A stretch of DNA of 64,000 nucleotides from Auanema rhodensis (taxonomy: Eukaryota; Animalia; Nematoda), in NCBI GenBank assembly GCA_964057225.1, contig OZ059897.1, positions 21,514,001 through 21,578,000 of the forward strand. Reading direction: 5' to 3'. This document shows positions 25,519 through 39,400 of the stretch, piece by piece. Position 1 is the stretch's first letter, and each line of letters starts with the position of its first letter. The notes beneath the pieces were generated by a model. That model was not told the origin of the DNA. It worked only from the letters and a program-made list of their open reading frames with translations, and searched no databases. The translations under genes and the position numbers were made by a program.

Positions 25519-28500
25519 GATGTGCACTTGGTATGTAACTCGCTTCACGTGAAAGATAAAGAGATTCGGTTTTCAAAATTAGATTCCCCATGTCCATATT
25601 AGTCTAAAAACAAATTTTTTTGATATTGGTGCATGGTAACCAAGACTTTGAAATTTACGTGAACTTTAATTTATGCTAATTAAATGTACACGTGATGTGC
25701 ACTTGGTATGTAACTCGCTTCACGTGAAAGATAAAGAGATTCGGTTTTCAAAATTAGATTCCCCATGTCCATATTAGTCTAAAAACAAATTTTTATTGAT
25801 ATTGGTTCATGGTAACCATGACTTTGAAATTTACGTGAACTTTAATTTATGCTAATTAAATGTACACGTGATGTGCACTTGGTATGTAACTCGCTTCACG
25901 TGAAAGATAAAGAGATGCGGTTTTCAAAATTATATTCCCCATGTCCATATTAGTCTAAAAACAAATTTTTATTGATATTGGTGCATGGTAACCATGACTT
26001 TGAAATTTACGTGAACTTTAATTTATGCTAATTAAATGTACACGTGATGTGCACTTGGTATATAACTCGCTTCACGTGAAAGATAAAGAGATTCGGTTTT
26101 CAAAATTAGATTCCCCATGTCCATATTAGTCTAAAAACAAATTTTTATTGATATTGGTGCATGGTAACCATGACTTTGAAATTTACGTGAACTTTAATTT
26201 ATGCTAATTAAATGTACACGTGATGTGCACTTGGTATGTAACTCGCTTCACGTGAAAGATAAAGAGATTCGGTTTTCAAAATTAGATTCCCCATGTCCAT
26301 ATTAGTCTAAAAACAAATTTTTATTGATATTGGTTCATGGTAACCATGACTTTGAAATTTACGTGAACTTTAATTTATGCTAATTAAATGTACACGTGAT
26401 GTGCACTTGGTATGTAACTCGCTTCACGTGAAAGATAAAGAGATGCGGTTTTCAAAATTAGATTCCCCATGTCCATATTAGTCTAAAAACAAATTTTTAT
26501 TGATATTGGTGCATGGTAACCATGACTTTGAAATTTACGTGAACTTTAATTTATGCTAATTAAATGTACACGTGATGTGCACTTGGTATGTAACTCGCTT
26601 CACGTGAAAGATAAAGAGATGCTGTTTTCAAAATTAGATTCCCCATGTCCATATTATTCTAAAAACAAATTTTTATTGATATTGGTTCATGGTAACCATG
26701 ACTTTGAAATTTACGTGAACTTTAATTTGTGCTAATTAAATGTACACGTGATGTGCACTTGGTATGTAACTCGCTTCACGTGAAAGATAAAGAGATGCGG
26801 TTTTCAAAATTATATTCCCCATGTCCATATTAGTCTAAAAACAAATTTTTATTGATATTGGTGCATGGTAACCATGACTTTGAAATTTACGTGAACTTTA
26901 ATTTGTGCTAATTAAATGTACACGTGATGTGCACTTGGTATGTAACTCGCTTCACGTGAAAGATAAAGAGATTCGGTTTTCAAAATTAGATTCCCCATGT
27001 CCATATTAGTCTAAAAACAAATTTTTTTGATATTGGTGCATGGTAACCAAGACTTTGAAATTTACGTGAACTTTAATTTATGCTAATTAAATGTACACGT
27101 GATGTGCACTTGGTATGTAACTCGCTTCACGTGAAAGATGAAGAGATGCGGTTTTCAAAATTAGATTCCCCATGTCCATATTAGTCTAAAAACAAATTTT
27201 TATTGATATTGGTGCATGGTAACCATGACTTTGAAATTTACGTGAACTTTAATTTATGCTAATTAAATGTACACGTGATGTGCACTTGGTATGTAACTCG
27301 CTTCACGTGAAAGATAAAGAGATGCGGTTTTCAAAATTAGATTCCCCATGTCCATATTAGTCTAAAAACAAATTTTTATTGATATTGGTGCATGGTAACC
27401 ATGACTTTGAAATTTACGTGAACTTTAATTTATGCTAATTAAATGTACACGTGATGTGCACTTGGTATGTAACTCGCTTCACGTGAAAGATGAAGAGGTG
27501 CGGTTTTCAAAATTAGATTCCCCATGTCCATATTAGTCTAAAAACAAATTTTTATTGATATTGGTTCATGGTAACCATGACTTTGAAATTTACGTGAACT
27601 TTAATTTATGCTAATTAAATGTACACGTGATGTGCACTTGGTATGTAACTCGCTTCACGTGAAAAATAAAGAGATGCGGTTTTCAAAATTAGATTCCCCA
27701 TGTCCATATTAGTCTAAAAACAAATTTTTATTGATATTGGTTCATGGTAACCATGACTTTGAAATTTACGTGAACTTTAATTTATGCTAATTAAATGTAC
27801 ACGTGATGTGCACTTGGTATGTAACTCGCTTCACGTGAAAGATAAAGAGATGCTGTTTTCAAAATTAGATTCCCCATGTCCATATTATTCTAAAAACAAA
27901 TTTTTATTGATATTGGTTCATGGTAACCATGACTTTGAAATTTACGTGAACTTTAATTTATGCTAATTAAATGTACACGTGATGTGCACTTGGTATGTAA
28001 CTCGCTTCACGTGAAAAATAAAGAGATGCGGTTTTCAAAATTAGATTCCCCATGTCCATATTAGTCTAAAAACAAATTTTTATTGATATTGGTTCATGGT
28101 AACCATGACTTTGAAATTTACGTGAACTTTAATTTATGCTAATTAAATGTACACGTGATGTGCACTTGGTATGTAACTCGCTTCACGTGAAAGATAAAGA
28201 GATTCGGTTTTCAAAATTAGATTCCCCATGTCCATATTAGTCTAAAAACAAATTTTTATTGATATTGGTGCATGGTAACCATGACTTTGAAATTTACGTG
28301 AACTTTAATTTATGCTAATTAAATGTACACGTGATGTGCACTTGGTATGTAACTCGCTTCACGTGAAAGATAAAGAGATGCGGGTTTCAAAATTATATTC
28401 CCCATGTCCATATTAGTCTAACAACAAATTTTTATTGATATTGGTGCATGGTAACCATGACTTTGAAATTTACGTGAACTTTAATTTGTGCTAATTAAAT

Positions 28501-30618
28501 GTACACGTGATGTGCACTTGGTATGTAACTCGCTTCACGTGAAAGATAAAGAGATTCGGTTTTCAAAATTAGATAACCCATGTCCATATTAGTCTAAAAA
28601 CAAATTTTTATTGATATTGGTGCATGGTAACCATGACTTTGAAATTTACGTGAACTTTAATTTATGCTAATTAAATGTACACGTGATGTGCACTTGGTAT
28701 GTAACTCGCTTCACGTGAAAGATAAAGAGATGCGGTTTTCAAAATTATATTCCCCATGTCCATATTAGTCTAAAAACAAATTTTTATTGATATTGGTGCA
28801 TGGTAACCATGACTTTGAAATTTACGTGAACTTTAATTTGTGCTAATTAAATGTACACGTGATGTGCACTTGGTATGTAACTCGCTTCACGTGAAAGATA
28901 AAGAGATTCGGTTTTCAAAATTAGATTCCCCATGTCCATATTAGTCTAAAAACAAATTTTTTTGATATTGGTGCATGGTAACCAAGACTTTGAAATTTAC
29001 GTGAACTTTAATTTATGCTAATTAAATGTACACGTGATGTGCACTTGGTATGTAACTCGCTTCACGTGAAAGATAAAGAGATTCGGTTTTCAAAATTAGA
29101 TTCCCCATGTCCATATTAGTCTAAAAACAAATTTTTTTGATATTGGTGCATGGTAACCAAGACTTTGAAATTTACGTGAACTTTAATTTATGCTAATTAA
29201 ATGTACACGTGATGTGCACTTGGTATGTAACTCGCTTCACGTGAAAGATGAAGAGATGCGGTTTTCAAAATTAGATTCCCCATGTCCATATTAGTCTAAA
29301 AACAAATTTTTATTGATATTGGTGCATGGTAACCATGACTTTGAAATTTACGTGAACTTTAATTTATGCTAATTAAATGTACACGTGATGTGCACTTGGT
29401 ATGTAACTCGCTTCACGTGAAAGATAAAGAGATGCGGTTTTCAAAATTAGATTCCCCATGTCCATATTAGTCTAAAAACAAATTTTTATTGATATTGGTG
29501 CATGGTAACCATGACTTTGAAATTTACGTGAACTTTAATTTATGCTAATTAAATGTACACGTGATGTGCACTTGGTATGTAACTCGCTTCACGTGAAAGA
29601 TGAAGAGGTGCGGTTTTCAAAATTAGATTCCCCATGTCCATATTAGTCTAAAAACAAATTTTTATTGATATTGGTTCATGGTAACCATGACTTTGAAATT
29701 TACGTGAACTTTAATTTATGCTAATTAAATGTACACGTGATGTGCACTTGGTATGTAACTCGCTTCACGTGAAAGATAAAGAGATTCGGTTTTCAAAATT
29801 AGATTCCCCATGTCCATATTAGTCTAAAAACAAATTTTTATTGATATTGGTGCATGGTAACCATGACTTTGAAATTTACGTGAACTTTAATTTATGCTAA
29901 TTAAATGTACACGTGATGTGCACTTGGTATGTAACTCGCTTCACGTGAAAGATAAAGAGATGCTGTTTTCAAAATTAGATTCCCCATGTCCATATTATTC
30001 TAAAAACAAATTTTTATTGATATTGGTTCATGGTAACCATGACTTTGAAATTTACGTGAACTTTAATTTATGCTAATTAAATGTACACGTGATGTGCACT
30101 TGGTATGTAACTCGCTTCACGTGAAAAATAAAGAGATGCGGTTTTCAAAATTAGATTCCCCATGTCCATATTAGTCTGAAAACAAATTTTTATTGATATT
30201 GGTTCATGGTAACCATGACTTTGAAATTTACGTGAACTTTAATTTATGCTAATTAAATGTACACGTGATGTGCACTTGGTATGTAACTCGCTTCACGTGA
30301 AAGATAAAGAGATTCGGTTTTCAAAATTAGATTCCCCATGTCCATATTAGTCTAAAAACAAATTTTTATTGATATTGGTGCATGGTAACCATGACTTTGA
30401 AATTTACGTGAACTTTAATTTATGCTAATTAAATGTACACGTGATGTGCACTTGGTATGTAACTCGCTTCACGTGAAAGATAAAGAGATGCGGTTTTCAA
30501 AATTAGATTCCCCATGTCCATATTAGTCTAAAAACAAATTTTTATTGATATTGGTTCATGGTAACCATGACTTTGAAATTTACGTGAACTTTAATTTATG
30601 CTAATTAAATGTACACGT

Positions 30619-33600
30619 GATGTGCACTTGGTATGTAACTCGCTTCACGTGAAAGATAAAGAGATGCGGTTTTCAAAATTAGATTCCCCATGTCCATATT
30701 AGTCTAAAAACAAATTTTTATTGATATTGGTTCATGGTAACCATGACTTTGAAATTTACGTGAACTTTAATTTATGCTAATTAAATGTACACGTGATGTG
30801 CACTTGGTATGTAACTCGCTTCACGTGAAAGATAAAGAGATGCGGTTTTCAAAATTAGATTCCCCATGTCCATATTAGTCTAAAAACAAATTTTTATTGA
30901 TATTGGTTCATGGTAACCATGACTTTGAAATTTACGTGAACTTTAATTTATGCTAATTAAATGTACACGTGATGTGCACTTGGTATGTAACTCGCTTCAC
31001 GTGAAAGATAAAGAGATTCGGTTTTCAAAATTAGATTCCCCATGTCCATATTAGTCTAAAAACAAATTTTTATTGATATTGGTGCATGGTAACCATGACT
31101 TTGAAATTTACGTGAACTTTAATTTATGCTAATTAAATGTACACGTGATGTGCACTTGGTATGTAACTCGCTTCACGTGAAAGATAAAGAGATGCGGTTT
31201 TCAAAATTAGATTCCCCATGTCCATATTAGTCTAAAAACAAATTTTTATTGATATTGGTTCATGGTAACCATGACTTTGAAATTTACGTGAACTTTAATT
31301 TATGCTAATTAAATGTACACGTGATGTGCACTTGGTATGTAACTCGCTTCACGTGAAAGATAAAGAGATGCGGTTTTCAAAATTATATTCCCCATGTCCA
31401 TATTAGTCTAAAAACAAATTTTTATTGATATTGGTTCATGGTAACCATGACTTTGAAATTTACGTGAACTTTAATTTATGCTAATTAAATGTACACGTGA
31501 TGTGCACTTGGTATGTAACTCGCTTCACGTGAAAGATAAAGAGATGCGGTTTTCAAAATTAGATTCCCCATGTCCATATTAGTCTAAAAACAAATTTTTA
31601 TTGATATTGGTTCATGGTAACCATGACTTTGAAATTTACGTGAACTTTAATTTATGCTAATTAAATGTACACGTGATGTGCACTTGGTATGTAACTCGCT
31701 CCACGTGAAAGATAAAGAGATGCGGTTTTCAAAATTAGATTCCCCATGTCCATATTAGTTTAAAAACAAATTTTTATTGATATTGGTTCATGGTAACCAT
31801 GACTTTGAAATTTACGTGAACTTTAATTTATGCTAATTAAATGTACACGTGATGTGCACTTGGTATGTAACTCGCTTCACGTGAAAGATAAAGAGATGCG
31901 GTTTTTAAAATTAGATTCCCCATGTCCATATTAGTCTAAAAACAAATTTTTATTGATATTGGTGCATGGTAACCATGACTTTGAAATTTACGTGAACTTT
32001 AATTTATACTAATTAAATGTACACGTGATGTGCACTTGGTATGTAACTCGCTTCACGTAAAAAATAAAGAGATGCGGTTCTCAAAATTAGATTCCCCATG
32101 TCCATATTAGTCTAAAAACAAATTTTTATTGATATTGGTTCATGGTAACCATGACTTTGTAATTTACGTGAACTTTAATTTATGCTAATTAAATGTACAC
32201 GTGATGTGCACTTGGTATGTAACTCGCTTCACGTGAAAGATAAAGAGATTCGGTTTTCAAAATTAGATTCCCCATGTCCATATTAGTCTAAAAACAAATT
32301 TTTATTGATATTGGTGCATGGTAACCATGACTTTGAAATTTACGTGAACTTTAATTTATGCTAATTAAATGTACACGTGATGTGCACTTGGTATGTAACT
32401 CGCTTCACGTGAAAGATAAAGAGATGCGGTTTTCAAAATTATATTCCCCATGTCCATATTAGTCTAAAAGCAAATTTTTATTGATATAGGTGCATGGTAA
32501 CCATGACTTTGAAATTTACGTGAACTTTAATTTGTGCTAATTAAATGTACACGTGATGTGCACTTGGTATGTAACTCGCTTCACGTGAAAGATAAAGAGA
32601 TTCGGTTTTCAAAATTAGATTCCCCATGTCCATATTAGTCTAAAAACAAATTTTTATTGATATTGGTGCATGGTAACCATGACTTTGAAATTTACGTGAA
32701 CTTTAATTTATGCTAATTAAATGTACACGTGATGTGCACTTGGTATGTAACTCGCTTCACGTGAAAGATAAAGAGATGCGGTTTTCAAAATTAGATTCCC
32801 CATGTCCATATTAGTCAAAAAACAAATTTTTATTGATATTGGTTCATGGTAACCATGACTTTGAAATTTACGTGAACTTTAATTTATGCTAATTAAATGT
32901 ACACGTGATGTGCACTTGGTATGTAACTCGCTTCACGTGAAAGATAAAGAGATGCGGTTTTCAAAATTAGATTCCCCATGTCCATATTAGTCTAAAAACA
33001 AATTTTTATTGATATTGGTTCATGGTAACCATGACTTTGAAATTTACGTGAACTTTAATTTATGCTAATTAAATGTACACGTGATGTGCACTTGGTATGT
33101 AACTCGCTTCACGTGAAAGACAAAGAGATGCGGTTTTCAAAATTAGATTCCCCATGTCCATATTAGTTTAAAAACAAATTTTTATTGATATTGGTTCATG
33201 GTAACCATGACTTTGAAATTTACGTGAACTTTAATTTATGCTAATTAAATGTACACGTGATGTGCACTTGGTATGTAACTCGCTTCACGTGAAAGATAAA
33301 GAGATGCGGTTTTCAAAATTAGATTCCCCATGTCCATATTAGTCTAAAAACAAATTTTTATTGATATTGGTTCATGGTAACCATGACTTTGAAATTTACG
33401 TGAACTTTAATTTATGCTAATTAAATGTACACGTGATGTGCACTTGGTATGTAACTCGCTTCACGTGAAAGATAAAGAGATGCGGTTTTCAAAATTAGAT
33501 TCCCCATGTCCATATTAGTCTAAAAACAAATTTTTATTGATATTGGTTCATGGTAACCATGACTTTGAAATTTACGTGAACTTTAATTTATGCTAATTAA

Positions 33601-35898
33601 ATGTACACGTGATGTGCACTTGGTATGTAACTCGCTTCACGTGAAAGATAAAGAGATTCGGTTTTCAAAATTAGATTCCCCATGTCCATATTAGTCTAAA
33701 AACAAATTTTTATTGATATTGGTGCATGGTAACCATGACTTTGAAATTTACGTGAACTTTAATTTATGCTAATTAAATGTACACGTGATGTGCACTTGGT
33801 ATGTAACTCGCTTCACGTGAAAGATAAAGAGATGCGGTTTTCAAAATTAGATTCCCCATGTCCATATTAGTCTAAAAACAAATTTTTATTGATATTGGTT
33901 CATGGTAACCATGACTTTGAAATTTACGTGAACTTTAATTTATGCTAATTAAATGTACACGTGATGTGCACTTGGTATGTAACTCGCTTCACGTGAAAGA
34001 TAAAGAGATGCGGTTTTCAAAATTATATTCCCCATGTCCATATTAGTCTAAAAACAAATTTTTATTGATATTGGTTCATGGTAACCATGACTTTGAAATT
34101 TACGTGAACTTTAATTTATGCTAATTAAATGTACACGTGATGTGCACTTGGTATGTAACTCGCTTCACGTGAAAGATAAAGAGATGCGGTTTTCAAAATT
34201 AGATTCCCCATGTCCATATTAGTCTAAAAACAAATTTTTATTGATATTGGTTCATGGTAACCATGACTTTGAAATTTACGTGAACTTTAATTTATGCTAA
34301 TTAAATGTACACGTGATGTGCACTTGGTATGTAACTCGCTCCACGTGAAAGATAAAGAGATGCGGTTTTCAAAATTAGATTCCCCATGTCCATATTAGTT
34401 TAAAAACAAATTTTTATTGATATTGGTTCATGGTAACCATGACTTTGAAATTTACGTGAACTTTAATTTATGCTAATTAAATGTACACGTGATGTGCACT
34501 TGGTATGTAACTCGCTTCACGTGAAAGATAAAGAGATGCGGTTTTTAAAATTAGATTCCCCATGTCCATATTAGTCTAAAAACAAATTTTTATTGATATT
34601 GGTGCATGGTAACCATGACTTTGAAATTTACGTGAACTTTAATTTATACTAATTAAATGTACACGTGATGTGCACTTGGTATGTAACTCGCTTCACGTAA
34701 AAAATAAAGAGATGCGGTTCTCAAAATTAGATTCCCCATGTCCATATTAGTCTAAAAACAAATTTTTATTGATATTGGTTCATGGTAACCATGACTTTGT
34801 AATTTACGTGAACTTTAATTTATGCTAATTAAATGTACACGTGATGTGCACTTGGTATGTAACTCGCTTCACGTGAAAGATAAAGAGATTCGGTTTTCAA
34901 AATTAGATTCCCCATGTCCATATTAGTCTAAAAACAAATTTTTATTGATATTGGTGCATGGTAACCATGACTTTGAAATTTACGTGAACTTTAATTTATG
35001 CTAATTAAATGTACACGTGATGTGCACTTGGTATGTAACTCGCTTCACGTGAAAGATAAAGAGATGCGGTTTTCAAAATTATATTCCCCATGTCCATATT
35101 AGTCTAAAAGCAAATTTTTATTGATATAGGTGCATGGTAACCATGACTTTGAAATTTACGTGAACTTTAATTTGTGCTAATTAAATGTACACGTGATGTG
35201 CACTTGGTATGTAACTCGCTTCACGTGAAAGATAAAGAGATTCGGTTTTCAAAATTAGATTCCCCATGTCCATATTAGTCTAAAAACAAATTTTTATTGA
35301 TATTGGTGCATGGTAACCATGACTTTGAAATTTACGTGAACTTTAATTTATGCTAATTAAATGTACACGTGATGTGCACTTGGTATGTAACTCGCTTCAC
35401 GTGAAAGATAAAGAGATGCGGTTTTCAAAATTAGATTCCCCATGTCCATATTAGTCAAAAAACAAATTTTTATTGATATTGGTTCATGGTAACCATGACT
35501 TTGAAATTTACGTGAACTTTAATTTATGCTAATTAAATGTACACGTGATGTGCACTTGGTATGTAACTCGCTTCACGTGAAAGATAAAGAGATGCGGTTT
35601 TCAAAATTAGATTCCCCATGTCCATATTAGTCTAAAAACAAATTTTTATTGATATTGGTTCATGGTAACCATGACTTTGAAATTTACGTGAACTTTAATT
35701 TATGCTAATTAAATGTACACGTGATGTGCACTTGGTATGTAACTCGCTTCACGTGAAAGACAAAGAGATGCGGTTTTCAAAATTAGATTCCCCATGTCCA
35801 TATTAGTTTAAAAACAAATTTTTATTGATATTGGTTCATGGTAACCATGACTTTGAAATTTACGTGAACTTTAATTTATGCTAATTAAATGTACACGT
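30619..35898 (+). repeat. Sub-domain 3: apparently exact 15-monomer (2640-bp) tandem duplication
   Basis: Private markers are paired at +2640: TTATACT 32008/34648, CTTTGTAA 32160/34800, CTAAAAGC with TATAGG 32470/35110, GTCAAAAA 32817/35457, GACAAAG 33121/35761. Confidence 0.9.
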
Positions 35899-36426
35899 GA
35901 TGTGCACTTGGTATGTAACTCGCTTCACGTGAAAGATAAAGAGATTCGGTTTTCAAAATTAGATTCCCCATGTCCATATTAGTCTAAAAACAAATTTTTA
36001 TTGATATTGGTGCATGGTAACCATGACTTTGAAATTTACGTGAACTTTAATTTATGCTAATTAAATGTACACGTGATGTGCACTTGTTATGTAACTCGCT
36101 TCACGTAAAAAATAAAGAGATGCGGTTTTCAAAATTAGATTCCCCATGCCCATATTAGTCTAAAAACAAATTTTTATTGATATTGGTTCATGGTAACCAT
36201 GACTTTGAAATTTACGTGAACTTTAATTTATGCTAATTAAATGTACACGTGATGTGCACTTGGTATGTAACTCGCTTCACGTGAAAGATAAAGAGATTCG
36301 GTTTTCAAAATTAGATTCCCCATGTCCATATTAGTCTAAAAACAAATTTTTATTGATATTGGTGCATGGTCACCATGACTTTGAAATTTACGTGAACTTT
36401 AATTTATGCTAATTAAATGTACACGT

Positions 36427-39400
36427 GATGTGCACTTGGTATGTAACTCGCTTCACGTGAAAGATAAAGAGATGCGGTTTTCAAAATTAGATTCCCCATG
36501 TCCATATTAGTCTAAAAACAAATTTTTATTGATATTGGTTCATGGTAACCATGACTTTGAAATTTACGTGAACTTTAATTTATGCTAATTAAATGTACAC
36601 GTGATGTGCACTTGGTATGTAACTCGCTTCACGTGAAAGATAAAGAGATGCGGTTTTCAAAATTAGATTCCCCATGTCCATATTAGTCTAAAAACAAATT
36701 TTTATTGATATTGGTTCATGGTAACCATGACTTTGAAATTTACGTGAACTTTAATTTATGCTAATTAAATGTACACGTGATGTGCACTTGGTATGTAACT
36801 CGCTTCACGTGAAAGATAAAGAGATGCGGTTTTCAAAATTAGATTCCCCATGTCCATATTAGTCTAAAAACAAATTTTTATTGATATTGGTTCATGGTAA
36901 CCATGACTTTGAAATTTACGTGAACTTTAATTTATGCTAATTAAATGTACACGTGATGTGCACTTGGTATGTAACTCGCTTCACGTGAAAGATAAAGAGA
37001 TGCGGTTTTCAAAATTAGATTCCCCATGTCCATATTAGTCTAAAAACAAATTTTTATTGATATTGGTTCATGGTAACCATGACTTTGAAATTTACGTGAA
37101 CTTTAATTTATGCTAATTAAATGTACACGTGATGTGCACTTGGTATGTAACTCGCTTCACGTGAAAGATAAAGAGATGCGGTTTTCAAAATTAGATTCCC
37201 CATGTCCATATTAGTTTAAAAACAAATTGTTATTGATATTGGTTCATGGTAACCATGACTTTGAAATTTACGTGAACTTTAATTTATGCTAATTAAATGT
37301 ACACGTGATGTGCACTTGGTATGTAACTCGCTTCACGTGAAAGATAAAGAGATGCGGTTTTTAAAATTAGATTCCCCATGTCCATATTAGTCTAAAAACA
37401 AATTTTTATTGATATTGGTGCATGGTAACCATGACTTTGAAATTTACGTGAACTTTAATTTATGCTAATTAAATGTACACGTGATGTGCACTTGGTATGT
37501 AACTCGCTTCACGTGAAAGATAAAGAGATGCGGTTTTCAAAATTATATTCCCCATGTCCATATTAGTCTAAAAACAAATTTTTATTGATATTGGTGCATG
37601 GTAACCATGACTTTGAAATTTACGTGAACTTTAATTTGTGCTAATTAAATGTACACGTGATGTGCACTTGGTATGTAACTCGCTTCACGTGAAAGATAAA
37701 GAGATTCAGTTTTCAAAATTAGATTCCCCATGTCCATATTAGTCTAAAAACAAATTTTTATTGATATTGGTGCATGGTAACCATGACTTTGAAATTTACG
37801 TGAACTTAAATTTATGCTAATTAAATGTACACGTGATGTGCACTTGGTATGTAACTCGCTTCACGTGAAAGATAAAGAGATGCGGTTTTCAAAATTAGAT
37901 TCCCCATGTCCATATTAGTCTAAAAACAAATTTTTATCGATATTGGTTCATGGTAACCATGACTTTGAAATTTACGTGAACTTTAATTTATGCTAATTAA
38001 ATGTACACGTGATGTGCACTTGGTATGTAACTCGCTTCACGTGAAAGATAAAGAGATGCGGTTTTCAAAATTATATTCCCCATGTCCATATTAGTCTAAA
38101 AACAAATTTTTATTGATATTGGTGCATGGTAACCATGACTTTGAAATTTACGTGAACTTTAATTTGTGCTAATTAAATGTACACGTGATGTGCACTTGGT
38201 ATGTAACTCGCTTCACGTGAAAGATAAAGAGATGCGGTTTTCAAAATTAGATTCCCCATGTCCATATTAGTCTAAAAACAAATTTTTATTGATATTGGTT
38301 CATGGTAACCATGACTTTGAAATTTACGTGAACTTTAATTTATGCTAATTAAATGTACACGTGATGTGCACTTGGTATGTAACTCGCTTCACGTGAAAGA
38401 TAAAGAGATGCGGTTTTTAAAATTAGATTCCCCATGTCCATATTAGTTTAAAAACAAATTGTTATTGATATTGGTTCATGGTAACCATGACTTTGAAATT
38501 TACGTGAACTTTAATTTATGCTAATTAAATGTACACGTGATGTGCACTTGGTATGTAACTCGCTTCACGTGAAAGATAAAGAGATGCGGTTTTTAAAATT
38601 AGATTCCCCATGTCCATATTAGTCTAAAAACAAATTTTTATTGATATTGGTGCATGGTAACCATGACTTTGAAATTTACGTGAACTTTAATTTATGCTAA
38701 TTAAATGTACACGTGATGTGCACTTGGTATGTAACTCGCTTCACGTGAAAGATAAAGAGATGCGGTTCTCAAAATTATATTCCCCATGTCCATATTAGTC
38801 TAAAAACAAATTTTTATTGATATTGGTGCATGGTAACCATGACTTTGAAATTTACGTGAACTTTAATTTGTGCTAATTAAATGTACACGTGATGTGCACT
38901 TGGTATGTAACTCGCTTCACGTGAAAGATAAAGAGATTCGGTTTTCAAAATTAGATTCCCCATGTCCATATTAGTCTAAAAACAAATTTTTATTGATATT
39001 GGTGCATGGTAACCATGACTTTGAAATTTACGTGAACTTAAATTTATGCTAATTAAATGTACACGTGATGTGCACTTGGTATGTAACTCGCTTCACGTGA
39101 AAGATAAAGAGATGCGGTTTTCAAAATTAGATTCCCCATGTCCATATTAGTCTAAAAACAAATTTTTATCGATATTGGTTCATGGTAACCATGACTTTGA
39201 AATTTACGTGAACTTTAATTTATGCTAATTAAATGTACACGTGATGTGCACTTGGTATGTAACTCGCTTCACGTGAAAGATAAAGAGATGCGGTTTTCAA
39301 AATTATATTCCCCATGTCCATATTAGTCTAAAAACAAATTTTTATTGATATTGGTGCATGGTAACCATGACTTTGAAATTTACGTGAACTTTAATTTGTG

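Larger units (their letters stand above)
16369..30442 (+). repeat. Sub-domain 2 with its own variant set and six 175-bp monomers
   Basis: Private or enriched variants: GATGCTGTTT with TATTATTCTA, GGTATATAAC, GAAGAGGTG, GATAACCC, CTAACAAC, AATTCATG, and a 1-bp deletion linked to AACCAAGAC. Boundaries are approximate. Confidence 0.85.

Noticed and set aside
18283-30076. Nine 60-aa ORFs (MLIKCTRDVHLVCNSLHV...)
   Set aside because: Each is one satellite monomer in which the in-frame TAG (positions 82-84) became TAT through a single variant copied by duplication. The 176-bp period is not a multiple of three, so the frame ends at the next TAA. There is no recognisable domain and no unique flanking sequence, and ~350 other copies keep the stop.
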